Below are positions 47,749 to 61,960 of a stretch of DNA of 64,000 bases, one piece after another (positions within the stretch are counted from its first letter, which is position 1; the number at the start of each line of letters is the position of its first letter). The translations under genes and the position numbers were made by a program. The notes below the pieces were generated by a model, which worked only from the letters and a program-made list of their open reading frames with translations, ran no database searches and was not told where the DNA came from. The DNA comes from Lama glama (lineage: Eukaryota): assembly GCA_028534125.1 (NCBI GenBank), contig CM052817.1, positions 97,528,001 to 97,592,000 of the forward strand, given 5' to 3'.

Positions 47749-48169
47749 AAAATGTTCTACAATAAAAATCTTTCTCCTTTGTCCATGAATGTCAGTGAAC
47801 ATACTATTATCTCAGTGTTAAGTAATCTATAGCTGGATTCAGGTTCTTGAAGTTAAAAAAAGTAAGCAAATAGTCTCAGTCCAGGAGCTGTTCTTGCAAA
47901 GTAATGTTTAGTTATAATTAGAGATTAAGAAACATACTTCATCAAGAAAAAAAGGAGTAACAAATCTGAAAATTAGTCTGAGTGGAATAACCAGGGCAAG
48001 TTGACTAGGTTAGAGAAAAGTGGAACTCTTTTTCAGCCTTAAGGCTAAGCCCTTTCAGCTCCACTTCAGGGCACTCACTGTCTTTTCGATGGTATGACGT
48101 GGACAGGTCTCTGCTGTTGTTTCTTTTCTCTTTGGTCCACTCTCTATGGGCTATGCTCTCCTCCACACT

Positions 48170-49125
48170 CACTTCCCAATCTCTGTCACCAGATTTGGCC
48201 TGTCTCTTGAGTGGCAGACTGATTTAATTCATTGACTCCTGGATTGTCTCTAGAAGACTAGCCCCACAGGCATTGCAAACTCGGCATGCCCAAATCTGAA
48301 CTCAGTGCCTTCTACCCAAACCTCTTTCTTTGACTGCAGTCTCTGGCCTAGTTAGCGGTAGTGCCAGGATTAATTCTGTGTCCAAACCAGAGCCTGGAGA
48401 AGTGTCTTAGGCTCTTCGTCCCCTCACATCATTGCCTCCTTCTTATCAATCACCAAGTCAGTGGGTTTTATCCCTTGAGTATTTCTAGATTTCAGTTTCT
48501 CCAGTTCCACTATATCTGTCTCACTCAGACTTCTCAGTTCATCTACTGGCTATTAAGTTTTCCCCAAACACTCCAATCCATGCAGAACAATTTTTTAAAA
48601 ACATGAAACTCATCATGTCATTCTAAAGCTTCTATCAAAAAAATCCCCATGAACTACAGGATATGATCCATAGGATATGATCCACTTCCTTATCTTGGCA
48701 TACAAATCTCTTCAGGATCTAACTACTGTGCTCCATCAGAGAAAACCTTTTTCTTGAATGAATCATGACACTTCTTACCTCTTAGTCCAAACTGATGCCC
48801 TGTCTTTACTATTACTCCTGATCCCTTTCCTTCTCTACCTGGTTAGCTCTTACTCATTATTGAAGAACTCAAAAGTCATCTTCTTTGGGAAGTATTCATA
48901 AGTTAATACCAGCCTTGAGTGGGTGGTCCATTGCTTCCCTGTATAGTACACAACTGTCATCAATCATATCTGTTTTTAATTGGTGATTTACTTTGGTCAT
49001 CTCTGCTGTCGATCTGTGTGATGTCAGCAATTAACCCAGTCCCTGACACATAGCAAGTTCTCAGAACCTGAATGATTACTGAGATTGACTGTATTGATTA
49101 CATGAATGACTGAGTGAATGAAGGA
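48170..49125 (+). mobile_element. L2 3' region
   Basis: CACAGGCATTGCAAACTCGGCATGCCCAAATCTGAACTC...CCTTATCTTGGCATACAA...CCTGACACATAGCAAGTTCTCA...(TGAA)n end. Confidence 0.7.
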
Positions 49126-50557
49126 TGTGAGGGGAGAATAATTAGATTAGAGTTGGCCATCTGTGCTGGCTACGTCTCCGTCCGATGCACAAATATTGAG
49201 AAGTAATTTATATAAGCCTGTGTGTTGGAAGGAAAGCACTTGAATTTAAATAAAGATTCAGTTCAGGATAAGAGCAGAATAAGGTTAAGGATGGGTACAG
49301 CTCTGCTTCTGAAAATCTAGGGATCATTTGCTTATCAATTATTTTACAATTGTTAGAAATTTGCCTCAATAAAATTGAGGGGATTATTTTCCTTATTGTT
49401 TGTTGTTAACTGGTAATCTCTGGAGTCTCTCTGAACTCTGATCATCTTCTACCCTTGATATCACTGAGTATTTTCCTAGAGAGTTCAAACTAGTTTTAAT
49501 ATTTGCCTAAGTGATGCAAATTAGAAATGTAAATTTAATATAAATAATTATGTTTTTCAAAACCCAATTTAAGTCATTTTGGAATATCTGCTGTTTTAGA
49601 TTATTCAGATCAATGCTTCTAGCATCTAACCATGGATAATGGAATTGTAGATGATTAGTAAATTGAACCTGATTTTTCTGCATTTATAAGTAGTTGGATG
49701 GTAGTGATTGATTTTCCTGGACTCTCAGTTTGGAATATTTTGCTTTGAAGGAGAGATTATTCTACTATAGATGGGGTTCTTTTGATTTACATCTTTATGA
49801 TACATCAGAAGTCATGTTAAGAAGATGGTTCCATCATTGGTGTCCATGTGTATATGAAGGTGGTCGTATATTAGTTTAAGGATATCTACTGAGTGAAAAA
49901 GAAGAGCTAGATCATTAGCTTTTCATCCTACTGTCTTTCTAATCCAGACACAATGGGTTCCTAGTCAACTTCCTCATTCTGCTCAGCAGCCCATTCCTCT
50001 ACCATTCACCTTGAACCACTGACTGTTCCATTTCCCCCTTTGAGCTCAGGCAATTATTTGCCTGTCTATTTCTTAAGAAGGTGAAGCTGTTAGACCAAAC
50101 ACTTTAAACTCCTGGCCATGAAATTGATAAGCTTGTCAGCAACTCTCCCCTCTCCTGTCTATCTTTTCTTCTGTCAAGCCAGGAGGACTTCATCCTCTCT
50201 AAACCCTGACCTGGCTCCTTTGTCTAGAATCCATCTTTCTACTTCCCCATCAGCATTTAAACACACTCAAGACTACCCCATCTTTTAACCTCACTCTCCA
50301 GCCCAGCTGCCCAGTCTTTGCATTCTCTCCCTCTTTTGGGCCAGAGCCAAATTTCTTGAAAGGGTTGTGTGTATTCATTGTCTCCATTTCCTTCCTCTTG
50401 ACCCACTTCCTACAACTCATTTCCTTCTGGATTCTGATCCATCTCACTACTTATACTTGTCAAGCTGACCAACATACTTGTCTCTAAATCCAGTGGGCAT
50501 ATTGAAATTTTTATGAGTTTGTCCTCAACATTCAACACTGCCAACCATGCCCTGTCA

Positions 50558-50877
50558 GCAGAGTAAGATTATCCAACGAATAGACTAAGCACATGCTTGA
50601 GGCTCTTTCAAAATTAAGGAAAAATGGAAGACATTTAGCTTTAGTGAAATTTCCTAAATTCTCCCATCAGAGAAATTTAGAAAGAAACCATTTTAATTTT
50701 AACATATGTGTTGAATTCATGCTTAATGAATACATAAGTATGTTATATAAATAATCTAATTTTAATAAGCATATATATATATGTATATACATACACACAC
50801 ACATATTTAAGTTTTAATTCTTTACTGGAGAGAGAATACCAGTCTTTTAATGTCTCTAAAAGCCTTAATCCAGCTCC
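50558..50877. mobile_element. hAT-Tip100-like MITE (family uncertain) with internal (TA)n(CA)n
   Basis: Interrupts the L2; ends ...AGATTATCCAACGAATAGACTAAGCACATGCTTG and AAAAGCCTTAATCCAGCTCCC. Confidence 0.4.
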
Positions 50878-51585
50878 CACTTCCTGGAACTCTCTTCTAT
50901 TACTTTTGTGACACCATCAACTCCTGGTTTCTCATGAGCATCTCTGATAGCTGTTACTTTCCTTTGCAGGGACTTTAAATGCTGGTGCTCTTTGGGACTC
51001 TGTCCTAACCCTTCTTCCCTTACTCTGACCACATTCTCTGGATGAGTGTCTGTATCTAAGCTTCGGTTTTTGTTTCTGTGACAATGCCTCTCAAATCTAC
51101 TTCTGGGAGTTAGACCTCTTTCCTGAATTCTTTCTTGGTACACTCAACAATCTATGCTCAGATAGATATCTCGGAGATGATTCAAACTCAATGTGACCCC
51201 AAATGATCTCAGTATATTTCTCCACAATGCTCTCCCTGCACCTCCGTGCTCGTACTTGTAGTGGGTGACACTGCGGTCCAAACTGGAAACTTAGGATTTC
51301 AACTTAACTCCTTCTACTCCTTCATTGTCACAACCAATCAATCACCACGTCCTAGGATTCTGATTTCTCTTATGCCTTGATTATGTTAACTTCTCTCTAT
51401 AGGCACTAACACACTGTTCCAGGCCACAATCATTTCCTTCCAAATTACTGCAGTAATCTTCTTATTGGTCTCTCTATAGTCCATTCTCCAATTTTAGAAC
51501 CAGAGTGTTTTTTTTTTTTGAAGCAGTGTGATCCTGTTTCTCCCTGTTTAAAATCAACACTTTTAAGATGACTTAAAAACCCTCT

Positions 51586-52087
51586 GTGGGTATCTCCAGA
51601 CAATGAGACATCTCCAGACAATGAGACATTATTTAGCTCTTAAAAGAAATGAGTGATCAAGCCATGAAAAGACATGGAAGAACCTTACATTTTTAGCATA
51701 TAACTAAGTGAAAGAAGCCAATCTGAAAAGGCTGTAGCAGTAAAAAGATCAGTGGTTGCCAGGGTTTGGGGGGAAGGGAGGAGTGAATAGGCAAAGCACA
51801 GAGGATTTTTAGGGCAGTGAAACTATAATGGTGGATACAGGTCATTAGACATTTGTTAAAATCCATGGAAGTATAACACCAAAAGTGAACCTTAATGTAA
51901 ACTGTGGACTCTGAATGATAATGTAGGTTCACTGATCATTATAAATCTACCACTCTGGAGGAGTATGTTGACAGTGGGAAGGCTGTGCATGTGTGGGGAC
52001 AGGATTATACGGGAACTCTATATTTTTTGCTTAATTTTGTTGTAAACCTAAAACTGCTTTGAAAAATAAAATCTATTTAAAATAAAA
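51586..52087 (+). mobile_element. L1MC-type 3' end
   Basis: AAAAGAAATGAGTGATCAAGCCATGAAAAGACATGGAAGAACCTTA...AGTGAAAGAAGCCAATCTGAAAAGGCT...GTAAACCTAAAACTGCTTTGAAAAATAAA. Confidence 0.85.
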
Positions 52088-52577
52088 CCCCATAATGCTC
52101 CATGGTCTGGCTTTTCTTTACTGCTTTAAAATAATCTCTTCCAGACACATTGTAATTGACTGTTCTTCAATAAAAAAATATAAAATAAAATAATCTCTTC
52201 TTCATTCTGCCTTTTCTTTTTTAATATGGAACTGTTTCTTTTTGATCTAGCCACATTCCTGTTCCTCTGTGAGCCTTTGCCCATCTCTTCAGACTTTTCT
52301 TCTTCACTTGCCATCTTCTTGGCATTCCCTGTCATTCACATACTTCATAGCTATTGCATTATCACTTGTCTGCCTTCGTTGCTGGACTCTAAGTTCTGCA
52401 TCCATCTTATTCACTGTAGTATCTCCAGTGCTGGGCATGTAAACAATTAAATAAATGAATCGGTGATATAGGGCTTGGAACAATTGTATCCCGTTCTTAC
52501 TTAGACCTACCCTCGTTTTGTTTTCAACTGCTCTGAGCTCTGTAAGAAAGTATGCTGAATAAGTAATCATCACAGGT

Positions 52578-52830
52578 TTAGACTGCCAGATTTGATATGG
52601 ACAACAAAAGATAACAAGACTGAAAACTGTGAATTTCAGGCAAATAATGGTGTTTTAATATAAGTATGTCCCCAGATACGTAATTTTTTATACAGTTAAT
52701 TTAATATCTATATAATAGATAAAATTTAATTTAATACCTATGTAATATTTGGGGGCATTCATACTAAAAGTCTGTTCATTATCTGGAATTCAAATTTAAC
52801 TGAGCTTCCTGTATTTTATCTGACTACCCG
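52578..52830. mobile_element. MER53-like palindromic hAT MITE
   Basis: TGCCAGATTT...TGAATTTCAGGCAAATAA...ATAAGTATGTCCC / GGGGCATTCATACTAAAA...ATCTGGAATTCAAATTTAACTGAGCTTCCTGTATTTTATCTG. Confidence 0.75.
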
Positions 52831-53047
52831 ACTCAGGCCCTGAGAACTGTTTCCTGGTTTCCAGACTCATTAGTTTAAACACAGGTAATAGCATTGGGTA
52901 ACTGCTTTCATCTTGAGTTCTCTTCAGCACATTTCTGCTAAGGACTCCCCTTTTCTCGTTTCATTTTTCAGTGCTTTCAGCAGAACCTTTTTGTCACTGC
53001 CATGGAGAAAGTTTTGCCTTTAGGCTATTGCCCTGTCTTCTGAAATG

Positions 53048-53470
53048 GTATTATTGACATGTAATTCACATATCATAAAATTCACCCCTTAAAAGTACAC
53101 AATTTAGTATATGCACAGAGATGTGCAACTGTCACCACAATCTAATTTTAGATTGTTTCCATCACCTCAGAAAGACGCCTCATACCTTTAAGTGGTCACT
53201 CCCTATTGGACACCCACTTCCAGTCCTAGACAATCACTAATCTACATTCTGTCTCTCTGGATTTGGACATGTTATTTAAATGAGATCATATAATACATGG
53301 TCTTTTGTGACTGGCTTCCTTCCCTTAGCAAAATGTTTTCAAAGTTCACCCATGTTTTAGCGTGTATCGTACTTCATTCCTTTTGATTGCCGAGTACTAT
53401 TTCATTGTGTGGGTATATCACGTTTTGTTTATTCATTCATCAGTTGATGGACATTTGGATTATTACCACT
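53048..53470 (-). mobile_element. L1MB-type 3' end
   Basis: TAATTCACATATCATAAAATTCACCC...GTGCAACTGTCACCACAATCTAATTTTAG...GTCTTTTGTGACTGGCTTC...TCATCAGTTGATGGACATTTGG. Confidence 0.85.
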
Positions 53471-54779
53471 GTCTTCTGTAAGAATAGCATTCTAAAAACT
53501 GATTTTTGTCAATTTTTGGCTTATTGTCTATGGTCAAGTTTTAGGAAAAAAGCAGGGAAAATGCTCTGCTTGTTTTAATAGTGTAGGATTTTACTTTGTT
53601 TTTGACATTTCAGTGGATTCCTTGATGCATCCTGTTATTTTCTAATCTTTTCTTTCATGTGGGGATTAAGTTAATACAAGAGGGATATTGGATGTCGTGA
53701 GAAGCAACGGCAGTTTTTGTCAGGCTGTGCACCCTGAGATGCCTCAGAAACTTTAAATTTGAGAACCCATAGGGCAACAAGTCTGTTCAATGTGATATTT
53801 TCCATGACTACAAAGAATATTATAGACTGACTGGCACAAATGTGTGAAATTGTGGTGTGAGGCTGGAGTTTTTATGTTATGTATTGTTTTTATGTAATAT
53901 ATTCTGATCTGATCTGTGGATGACTATATTCAGGATGGTCAATCAAAACATAAAACAAAATGAAAATAAAGTAAAATATAAAACCCAAACATATGGAGGC
54001 TGTAAGAATATCTGAGTCTTCACAGACACAGAGATGTCATTTTACAAGCACATAATTTCTTAGAGAAGGTGAAGACCTGAAAGTCAACACTGATCATTGC
54101 ACTCTCTGCAAGAATGTTAATTATGCTATGGGGAGTCACATGGCTATGCTTACATTAAATAATGTAATAATGGAAGATTTGTAAAATTAAATATAAACTT
54201 GCTGTGCTTATGTAACTAGTATGTGGCTCCCTTCCTTCCTTCCTTTTTTCTTTCCTTCCTTTCATAATGACTTCCCCCAAATCGCTTGAGTAGAACGAAT
54301 TTAGTTGGAAATTGCTTAAAGGAACCATAGTACTTGTCACATTGTTACATAAATACTGGTGAATACAAGGTAGTTGATTTTCAAACTCAGGTTTTGTGAT
54401 GACCTGGGAAATAAATAATCATTTCAAGGGCAGTGAGCATATCTCAAAATAAGATGAATATATATTCACTTGAATTTTTAAAAGTATATGTCTTATTTAT
54501 TATTTCAAAACAACAAGATGTGAAACAAAGATTGGCAGAATGTCAACTCTTTATAAAGCTTGAATGATGTCTTAATCTATTAGAGATTATGCATTAAGCA
54601 ATCTGAAGCACACTTCTTTTTACACATGCATCTTGTTCATACCTATCTTTATTAATATTCTTAAAGTTGGTGCTCAGAGACTTAACATCCAAGAAGCATA
54701 ATAGATTACTATGGTCCACTAAACTGAGTGACTTCCAATCAGGACCTACTACATATCCATTGTCTGGAATTCTATACGT

Positions 54780-54932
54780 TACCATTTTAGTGACTCGAAG
54801 ATTCCATCAATTATGTACCACCAAGAAAGAAGAAACGGGCTAACTAATTGCAATAAATTGTAAGATGTATCCTGATTTCAGAAATGTAACAAGGAGGAAA
54901 TATATCCATCCTAGAATTGATGGAAAGTAGCA
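54780..54932. mobile_element. TcMar-Tc2 (MER104/Kanga-like) fragment
   Basis: AAATTGTAAGATGTATCCTGATTTCAGAAATGTAA...TCCTAGAATTGATGGAA. Confidence 0.5.
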
Positions 54933-56499
54933 GTCCTACGGGGAAGTATACAAATACACTTAAAAGGCAACTGCACACCAAAATATGTAAGGCAGTGGTC
55001 AATTTCATTTGGTTAGAAATTAAATAAGCACTTAAAATATGTTTAGCTCTGGGCTCAATAATTGGGTTGGAACCATTTAATTATCTAGAAGTTTCTGTTT
55101 GGTAACCATCTTGCATATGCACCACATTACATCAGCTGGAATAGGTAGAGTAGGTGAAATGTGGGTAAAGTTTTCTGGGAAAGTCTTTATCCTTGCTTAT
55201 TTATCCTTATTGTCTTCCTGATGCCAGGAAATCTCCTGTAAGTATTTTCTTCCTTTGGCCATATGCCCTTTGAAGATGTGGCTATTTCTGGAAGGATGCA
55301 TTGAGTATTTTAATCATTAACTCTGCAGTATGAAATCATTTGATCATTGATTACGTTTTCCCAATGGGATAGCACACTCTCATAACTGACAAGGAATCAG
55401 AGCTTGAGAGAGCTGATGTAACTTGCCAAGACGTCACAGCATGTAGCTGGGTTAACTGGACTCTCATCTCTGTTCTATTTATTGCATTTGACTGCCCTTC
55501 ATGAACACCTCAAATACACAGAAACCAAGTCTTCAATACAGCTGAGATTTTGAAAGTAAAAAGGATAAAGAGACAAGTGAGGTATCGTCTGAGAGAATCA
55601 ACCCTGAGGACAGAACTGGCAAGGGGAGTTGGCTTGGGCAGTGAGAAGGCAAAGGTTTCTGAAAAGGAAAGTGGAAAGATGCCAGAAATAAACCTGCCAG
55701 TTCACAATTTTCTCCCATGCTTGTGTCAAAATTACTGATTCTGAGAACTGAGCTTGTCTGCCGCTCACATTTGTTAGGTTTATTTCAATTCAGTGTTTTA
55801 GTGTGGTTCCTCAGGAAGGCTTTGGGACTCACTTGGGAACCCTGGCAAAAATTTTGTCTTGAACCTAGAGCTGAAATCATTGAGTTTTTAACCCAATATT
55901 GAATGCAATTTTTTTCTGACCAGAATTTAAGACTTTGGGGGTTCGTTTTATTCACTTCTTCTACAATTAGGATGGGAAAACAGTTGGGAAACTCCACGAA
56001 GTACCAGCTTGGAAGCATCTGAAAACACCACACCCATATTTGTGCGGCTAAATCTTAATGGAGGTTCATAAAGCTTATGTAAAGATAAGAAACATTGATA
56101 TCATTTTTTCTTGACACAGATAATATTTATTGTCTCTTTGTCCCTTAATAACATTGGAGAGTAAGCCGTAAGGAACACAGAGATGAGATAGCATTATTTG
56201 TGCAGTAAATCCTTGATATGCATAAATGATATTGCTTCAAACCCTCAGGCTTGATCATCAGATTAAACTAACCAGAGTTCCTGGCTGGAAGATGTAAGTG
56301 GAAAATAACAGGGCTGTGTTGAAAGGTATGCATTCACTCATTCCACGAGTATTTATAGAGTCCCTACTGTATATCATGGTATATGCACTTATCAGGGAGA
56401 TGGATATACAGCAGTGCAAGAACCAGAGAAATCTTCTGTCTTTATTCTAGCGGAGGGATGGACACGGGTAGTGAGGACAGTGAAGTCCTGTGGGCTTGC

Positions 56500-56860
56500 A
56501 TGGATAAAACATCTTCACGTGTGCTCTTCCCTTTGCTTCAAAAACTTCTCACCCAGACTTTCACTAATTCCTACTTACCCTTTTTTTTTTCCTCCAGTTA
56601 CACAGCTCTTCCTCTAAAGGCTTTCCCTGATCCCCCTGGTTCAATACACCTGCCCTTCCCATAAATGCTCATAAAACCTGCATTATTCATTTTGTAGCTC
56701 TTACGCTACATTGTTCTCTGTATGTTTTCTCCCGCAAATGATAAACTCGGAGACAATAACAGCTCTGAATTCTTTTGTTCCTCTTTGTACCCTCAGCAAC
56801 TTGCACTGTGTTTGGCCCGGGATAGGAACTATTATTTTCTCGGTGAATAAACGATTTAAT
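56500..56860 (+). mobile_element. L2 3' end fragment
   Basis: AAGGCTTTCCCTGATCCCC...CTTTGTACCCTCAGCAACTTGCACTGTGTTTGGC...GTGAATAAA. Confidence 0.5.
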
Positions 56861-57204
56861 GAAAGGTCTCGTTCTTCCACACTGGTCACTTACAGACTTA
56901 CAGATCATTCCAAATCATATTTCCTCAGAGGATTAGATGGTTGTTTGGGAAGAATTCACCAAGGATGTGAATCCCCATTTAGCAAAGGTTGAATGCCCTG
57001 AGTTCACAGTCAACATTTCTTTGTGGTGGGGTGTCTGACAAACATTTTAAAATGTTCTCCTTGTGTGTGTGTTTGAAAATGTTAACTTTGATTTGTCACA
57101 TCTTACTATACAAAATTCCAAAGTATCTTTCAGATCTCAGCACTGCAAATACATAGTACAAGAGCATCATGCAGTGACATGGCATAAAAGCTTCGATATG
57201 GAAG

Positions 57205-57425
57205 ATAATAATCATGGTGATAGTGACATACACTTACTCAGTTTCACCATGCGCTAGGTGATGTTATAAGCACTTCATACATACTTGCTTATTTCATATA
57301 CCCACATCCCTGTGAGGAAGCTGAGGCTTGCATGGAGGTTCAATAACTTGACTACATAATGAGTAAACTGTGAAAGAGGCTGTAAACTGCAAAGCTCGGC
57401 TCTGGCGTTCACGTTCTACATTCTA
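57205..57425 (-). mobile_element. MIR SINE
   Basis: ACACTTACTCAGTTTCACCATGCGCTAGG...TAAGCACTTCATAC...CCCTGTGAGG...GCTGAGGCTT...GGTTCAATAACTTG. Confidence 0.65.
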
Positions 57426-58851
57426 CTCCTCCAATTTGGAAAAAAAAAATCTATTGATCTGAAAACAAATGCAAAACAAAACAAAATAAAAAGGATAAAA
57501 CAGCTAAAGGAGTACCACTTGAATCGGACCAAGCCATTCTCTTGACGCATTAAAAATTGATATATTAAAAACTACCACTGATGCCTATTTTTTTTTTTTT
57601 GTCAAGGGAATTACTTGCTTATTAGACAGATGGAAGGGTTCAGTTGAGGGGAAAGCGCTAAAGTATGCAGCCCACGCAAGAGAAAGGGCAAGCTTGGCGT
57701 ACAGTGATATGCCAAAAATACTTGCAAAAATGTGTCAGAAAGATAGCAGGCGGGTGAGTAGCCCCCAGAAGTCCACATGACAGGGGCCGGCATGGGAAAT
57801 AAGGGGAAGGCGATGGAAAGAAAGATGACAGGTGAACAAAACCCCTTTATCTTTTAAAAGATGTCTCGTGCAATGAAATAGAAGAGATGACTCACCATGC
57901 TGTCATTAGATAGAGCATTGTAAATCGCAGATTATTGGTAGAGTAAAACATTTTAATGAGTTAACCAATTAATATCACATATTTTTGAGAAAAATAATTT
58001 TTGATCACCTATTTGATAAACACTCTACAGCACCAAAGCAGATTTATGAATAACTTGAAAATGTTGAAGGTTTTTCCATATTCTAGGGCTAGATCAGGTC
58101 ACGGGAAAAAGGAAGGGAAGTTTGTAAATGCACTTGGAGGACCTTAGAGACAAATATGTATGATGAATTAAAATTTGACATAGGCAATATGATTTTTCAG
58201 ATAAGGGTGAAAGATTTTCTTGAGAAATTCTAGAACAGAATATAGACATTTCTTCTGCTATAGGACGATACATGCTTTTCTGAAAAACCTCATGTTTGGC
58301 AAAATCATCTCTAAAAAATAAAAAAGCTTAATGGAAAAGTTTAATTGGGGCAGGTCATTCCAAACCTGTACAACTTTATGATCAGCACATTATAAAAAAC
58401 AACGGTTCTAATTACTAACAATAATTCAGTTCAAAGAACATGTAATTGTCTTTAAAAAAATAATGTACAGTACATTTTGGATTCCACCTTTGGGGGGAAA
58501 AGGTAAATGTGGCTGGATAGAAGTGAATGTAAGAGAGGGCTGGAGCATCTGAATTATAAAAAGAAGGGAAGAGAGGGATGTTGCAGGTTGAGGAATAATT
58601 TCAGAGTTGGCACAAAATGCAAAAAAGGAAGAAAACTTCCCACCAACACTTCCAAGACAGTGCTTGTTTCGTTGAGGACAGTGCTGAGTTCGCGGCTCTC
58701 TGCAGTGCGCTGCGTTGACTGTGTTGCATTCAGCTGCTTTTACTTAACGACATAAAATATTAAGGGGTTGGAAAAATTCATGTATAAGCCAAAGTGACTT
58801 TTGCGTATAAGCTGCGATATTACAGAGAATCTATTAATTGTAATTTAATTT

Positions 58852-59005
58852 CTATCATCTCTCCATCCATCTACCCATCCATCCATCCACCCATCCATCC
58901 ATCCATCCACCCATCCATCCATCCACTGACCAGTCCACACATCCAACTATCCAGGTATCTATCTATCCAACTATTTATCTGTCCATCTGTTCACCTATTC
59001 ACCAG
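58852..59005. repeat. (CCAT)n microsatellite, degenerating to the right
   Basis: CCATCCATCTACCCATCCATCCATCCACCCATCC... Confidence 0.9.
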
Positions 59006-60619
59006 CCTACCTAGTTAGCATGATGTTTTTAAAATGAGTCTTTCCTTCTCAGTGCCCAGAAAACTGTGACCCCTCCTCTCACTGCGAGCAACTTAGAAAA
59101 CTCCCATTTGGATTGGCTGGTGCTTGAAGCTGTTCCTCATGTCTGTGACTCTTTGCCTCTATTGTTGAACTTGAAAGTCAGAAACCATGTCAATATTTTT
59201 TGGATTCTAATGTATTTAAAATTGATATATTTTGATTCAAAAATTAAAACATCTCCAAATGCTCCTGCTTATAATAAATCAGTCCCTAAACTTTTTTTTA
59301 AAAAACCCTTAAGAATATGGAAAATCTGAAATGTATATTTATTCTATGAAATTAAGGTAAACACAGGCAACTTTCTCCTTTGTACTGAACTAAATTGCTG
59401 TTAATGCTTTTTCAGGTCTATTTTTGTACTGAATGACTGGGTTATATGATTTTTTATTGCATGCTGCTTCCTTTGCATGGGTAAAAATCATTTTGAGTGA
59501 AGAATTACTTCTCTCAATATAGGTTAATTATTTCTGAGGAGGTGGCAGGTGAAAAAAAATGACAAGAATATTATTGCTTGTGTTTAGCTTTTAGCTTATT
59601 TCACATGTGAGGCTGAAATAATTAGAATGAAAAGAATGCTCTTTTTATTTAACAAATTAGTGGAACAGGCATCCAGAAGTTGCACTGCAAAAGTTCACCT
59701 GAAGCTGCTTAAACCTTCTTCCATAAATCAACTGAGCTGGTTCAGTAATTTCGTAGCCAATAAGATAATAATGTCTTCCTGTGCCTCACTTTTGTTTTCT
59801 GCATTCACGTTACATGTACAACCACATCTGATATACAACTTTACTTTTAAGTTTATATGAAAGATGCAACATAATTTTATTCTAAATATGAACTTGACAA
59901 TATGGATTCAAATTTGATTCACTGATGTGCAACCTTGCGTGTGATATCTGAAACCAGAAATTGTCAAATGCTATATCAAAAAGGTAAATTAGCATTTGCT
60001 CAGCGCAACCTGACATGACAGATGGGTAGGAGGAGGGCTGTTATCCCTGAGAAGAGACTAAATATATTATAATTTGGATGTATACACAAACTGGATAAAG
60101 CTTTTCACAAAAGAATTTTCTATGCGAAAGCTACTTTCCACCCTCAGTCAAGCCCCCTCCATCACTAGCTTCTTTCTGTGCTTCTGTGAACTGCTTTGCA
60201 AAGCATCCATGCATGAAAATTTCTTTATAGAATTTGTGTTTGTCGAGCACATACTAATTTCAAGATTCTGTAGAATACGTTGGTAGAACTACATATTGGT
60301 AGCAGTCATAATAAGATTTATCATACTGATGATTGCTAATTCTCCTTGAGCACTTCTGTGCCAGGAAGCATTCTAAGGGCTTTACACGCATTCTGATTTT
60401 CACACACAGATACACACGCAGACACACAGATGCACATAGCGCACAGTCAGCGAACAATACGTGACAAGTGAGCGATGTGGGCATTAATTGTCTTTGCCGA
60501 TCAGAAGAGGCTTAAGACCCAAAGGGTCACATGGAGAAGGGGGACTGAGCTAGTGCATTCTGGAGGCAGGAACAGAATTTTATTAGGAAGGAAGTACTGG
60601 CAGAGAAGGTGGGGTTAAT

Positions 60620-61960
60620 GTCAAGAGTAAGGCTCTAGAGTGCAAAGCTGAGGGGTTTGGATTGGATACCATGTAAGTCGTGGAGATTCACTGGAGATTT
60701 CGAATAAGGGGAATGATTTGAAACTAATAATTTTGCAAGATTTATAGGATGAGAGTGTAAGTTGGATTGAAGGGAGGAAAATCAGAGCTAGACTAATGAG
60801 GAGACCGTGTTCATCTAGGAACTGACATAAGGTGGTGATGAAAGGGAAGGAACCTCATTGGCTCTCAGAGGCAAGGAGAGAGGGAGGAATGATGACTCTG
60901 ATCTTCTTGGTCTAGATGACTGTCAGGATGAGGCAGGTGATGGTTCAAGTTCTAGGAATGTTAGATGGAGGTAGCAGTGAGATGTCTATGCATAGAGGGT
61001 TGTAGAGCATAATCAGAAATTTATAGACTTACTATATGATCCAGCAATCCCACTCCTGGGCATATATCTGGAGGGAACTCTGATTCGAAAAGATACATGC
61101 ACCCCAATGTTCACAGCAGCACTATTCACAATAGCCAATATGTGTAAACAACCTAAATGTCCAACAACAGATGACTGGATAAAGAAGTTGTGGAATATAT
61201 ATACAATGGGATACTAATCAGTGATAAAAAGAATAAAATAATGCCATTTGCAGCAACATGGATGGACCTGGAGATCATCATTCTAAATGAAATAATTCAG
61301 ACAGACCATATGATATCACTCATATGTGGAATCTAAAAAAACAGAAAAAAGAGTACACTAATGAATTTATCTACAAAAGAAACAGATTCGCAGACATAGT
61401 AAACAAACCTATGGTTACCAGGGAAAGGGGGTGAGAAGGGTTAAATATGAGAGTTTGAGATTTGCAAATGTTGATCACTATATATAACAATAGATAAAAA
61501 AACAAATTTATTCTGTATAGCACAGTGAACTATATTCAGTATTTTGTAATAACGTTTAATGAAAAAGAATATGAAAACAAACATATGTATGTATATGCAT
61601 GACTAGGACATTGTACTGTACACCAGAAATTGACACATTGTAACTGAGTATATACTTCAATTAAAAAACCTATGCTAGGTTTGGGGTGGTCATTAGCCTA
61701 GGATTGCGAGCTACATTGGAGAGATGAACAAATTCTGTTTTCAAGAGCTAGAAAGTGAGAAGTATGGAAAGCTAAGGAGAAAACCCAACTGATGGTAGAG
61801 GTAGAAGAAAAATCAAAGAGACAACAGGATAAGGAATGGTCAGAGAGGGAGGATTGAAACAAAGACAGCCCCGATTATGGGAAGGCAGAGAGAGGTTCAA
61901 GAAGGAAGGTGTCATCAGTAAGAGATGGTGTTGCTTCTCATGCACAGAGAAAAGGGGTTG
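60620..61960 (-). mobile_element. Degraded L2, interrupted by a young L1
   Basis: GCAAAGCTGAGGGGTTTGGATT...CACTGGAGATTTCGAATAAGG...TGGGGTGGTCATTAGCCTAGG...AGAGAGGTTCAAGAAGGAAGG. Confidence 0.55.
61023..61668 (+). mobile_element. Young L1 3' end (~650 bp)
   Basis: ATATGATCCAGCAATCCCACTCCTGGGCATATATC...GCCATTTGCAGCAACATGGATGGACCTGG...TGTACACCAGAAATTGACACATTGTAACTGAG...CTTCAATTAAAAAA. Confidence 0.92.

Larger units (their letters stand above)
50000..52460 (+). mobile_element. Fragmented L2 with nested hAT and L1MC insertions
   Basis: AAATTTCTTGAAAGGGTTGTGT...CTAAATCCAGTGG...CAAACTCAATGTGACCCCAAATGATCTC...TCTCCAGTGCTGGGCATGT...AATAAATGAAT. Confidence 0.65.

Noticed and set aside
48657..51627. 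Small tandem duplications (AGGATATGATCCA twice at ~48658; ATCTCCAGACAATGAGAC twice at 51592-51627)
   Set aside because: Ordinary slippage duplications inside old L2/L1 repeats.
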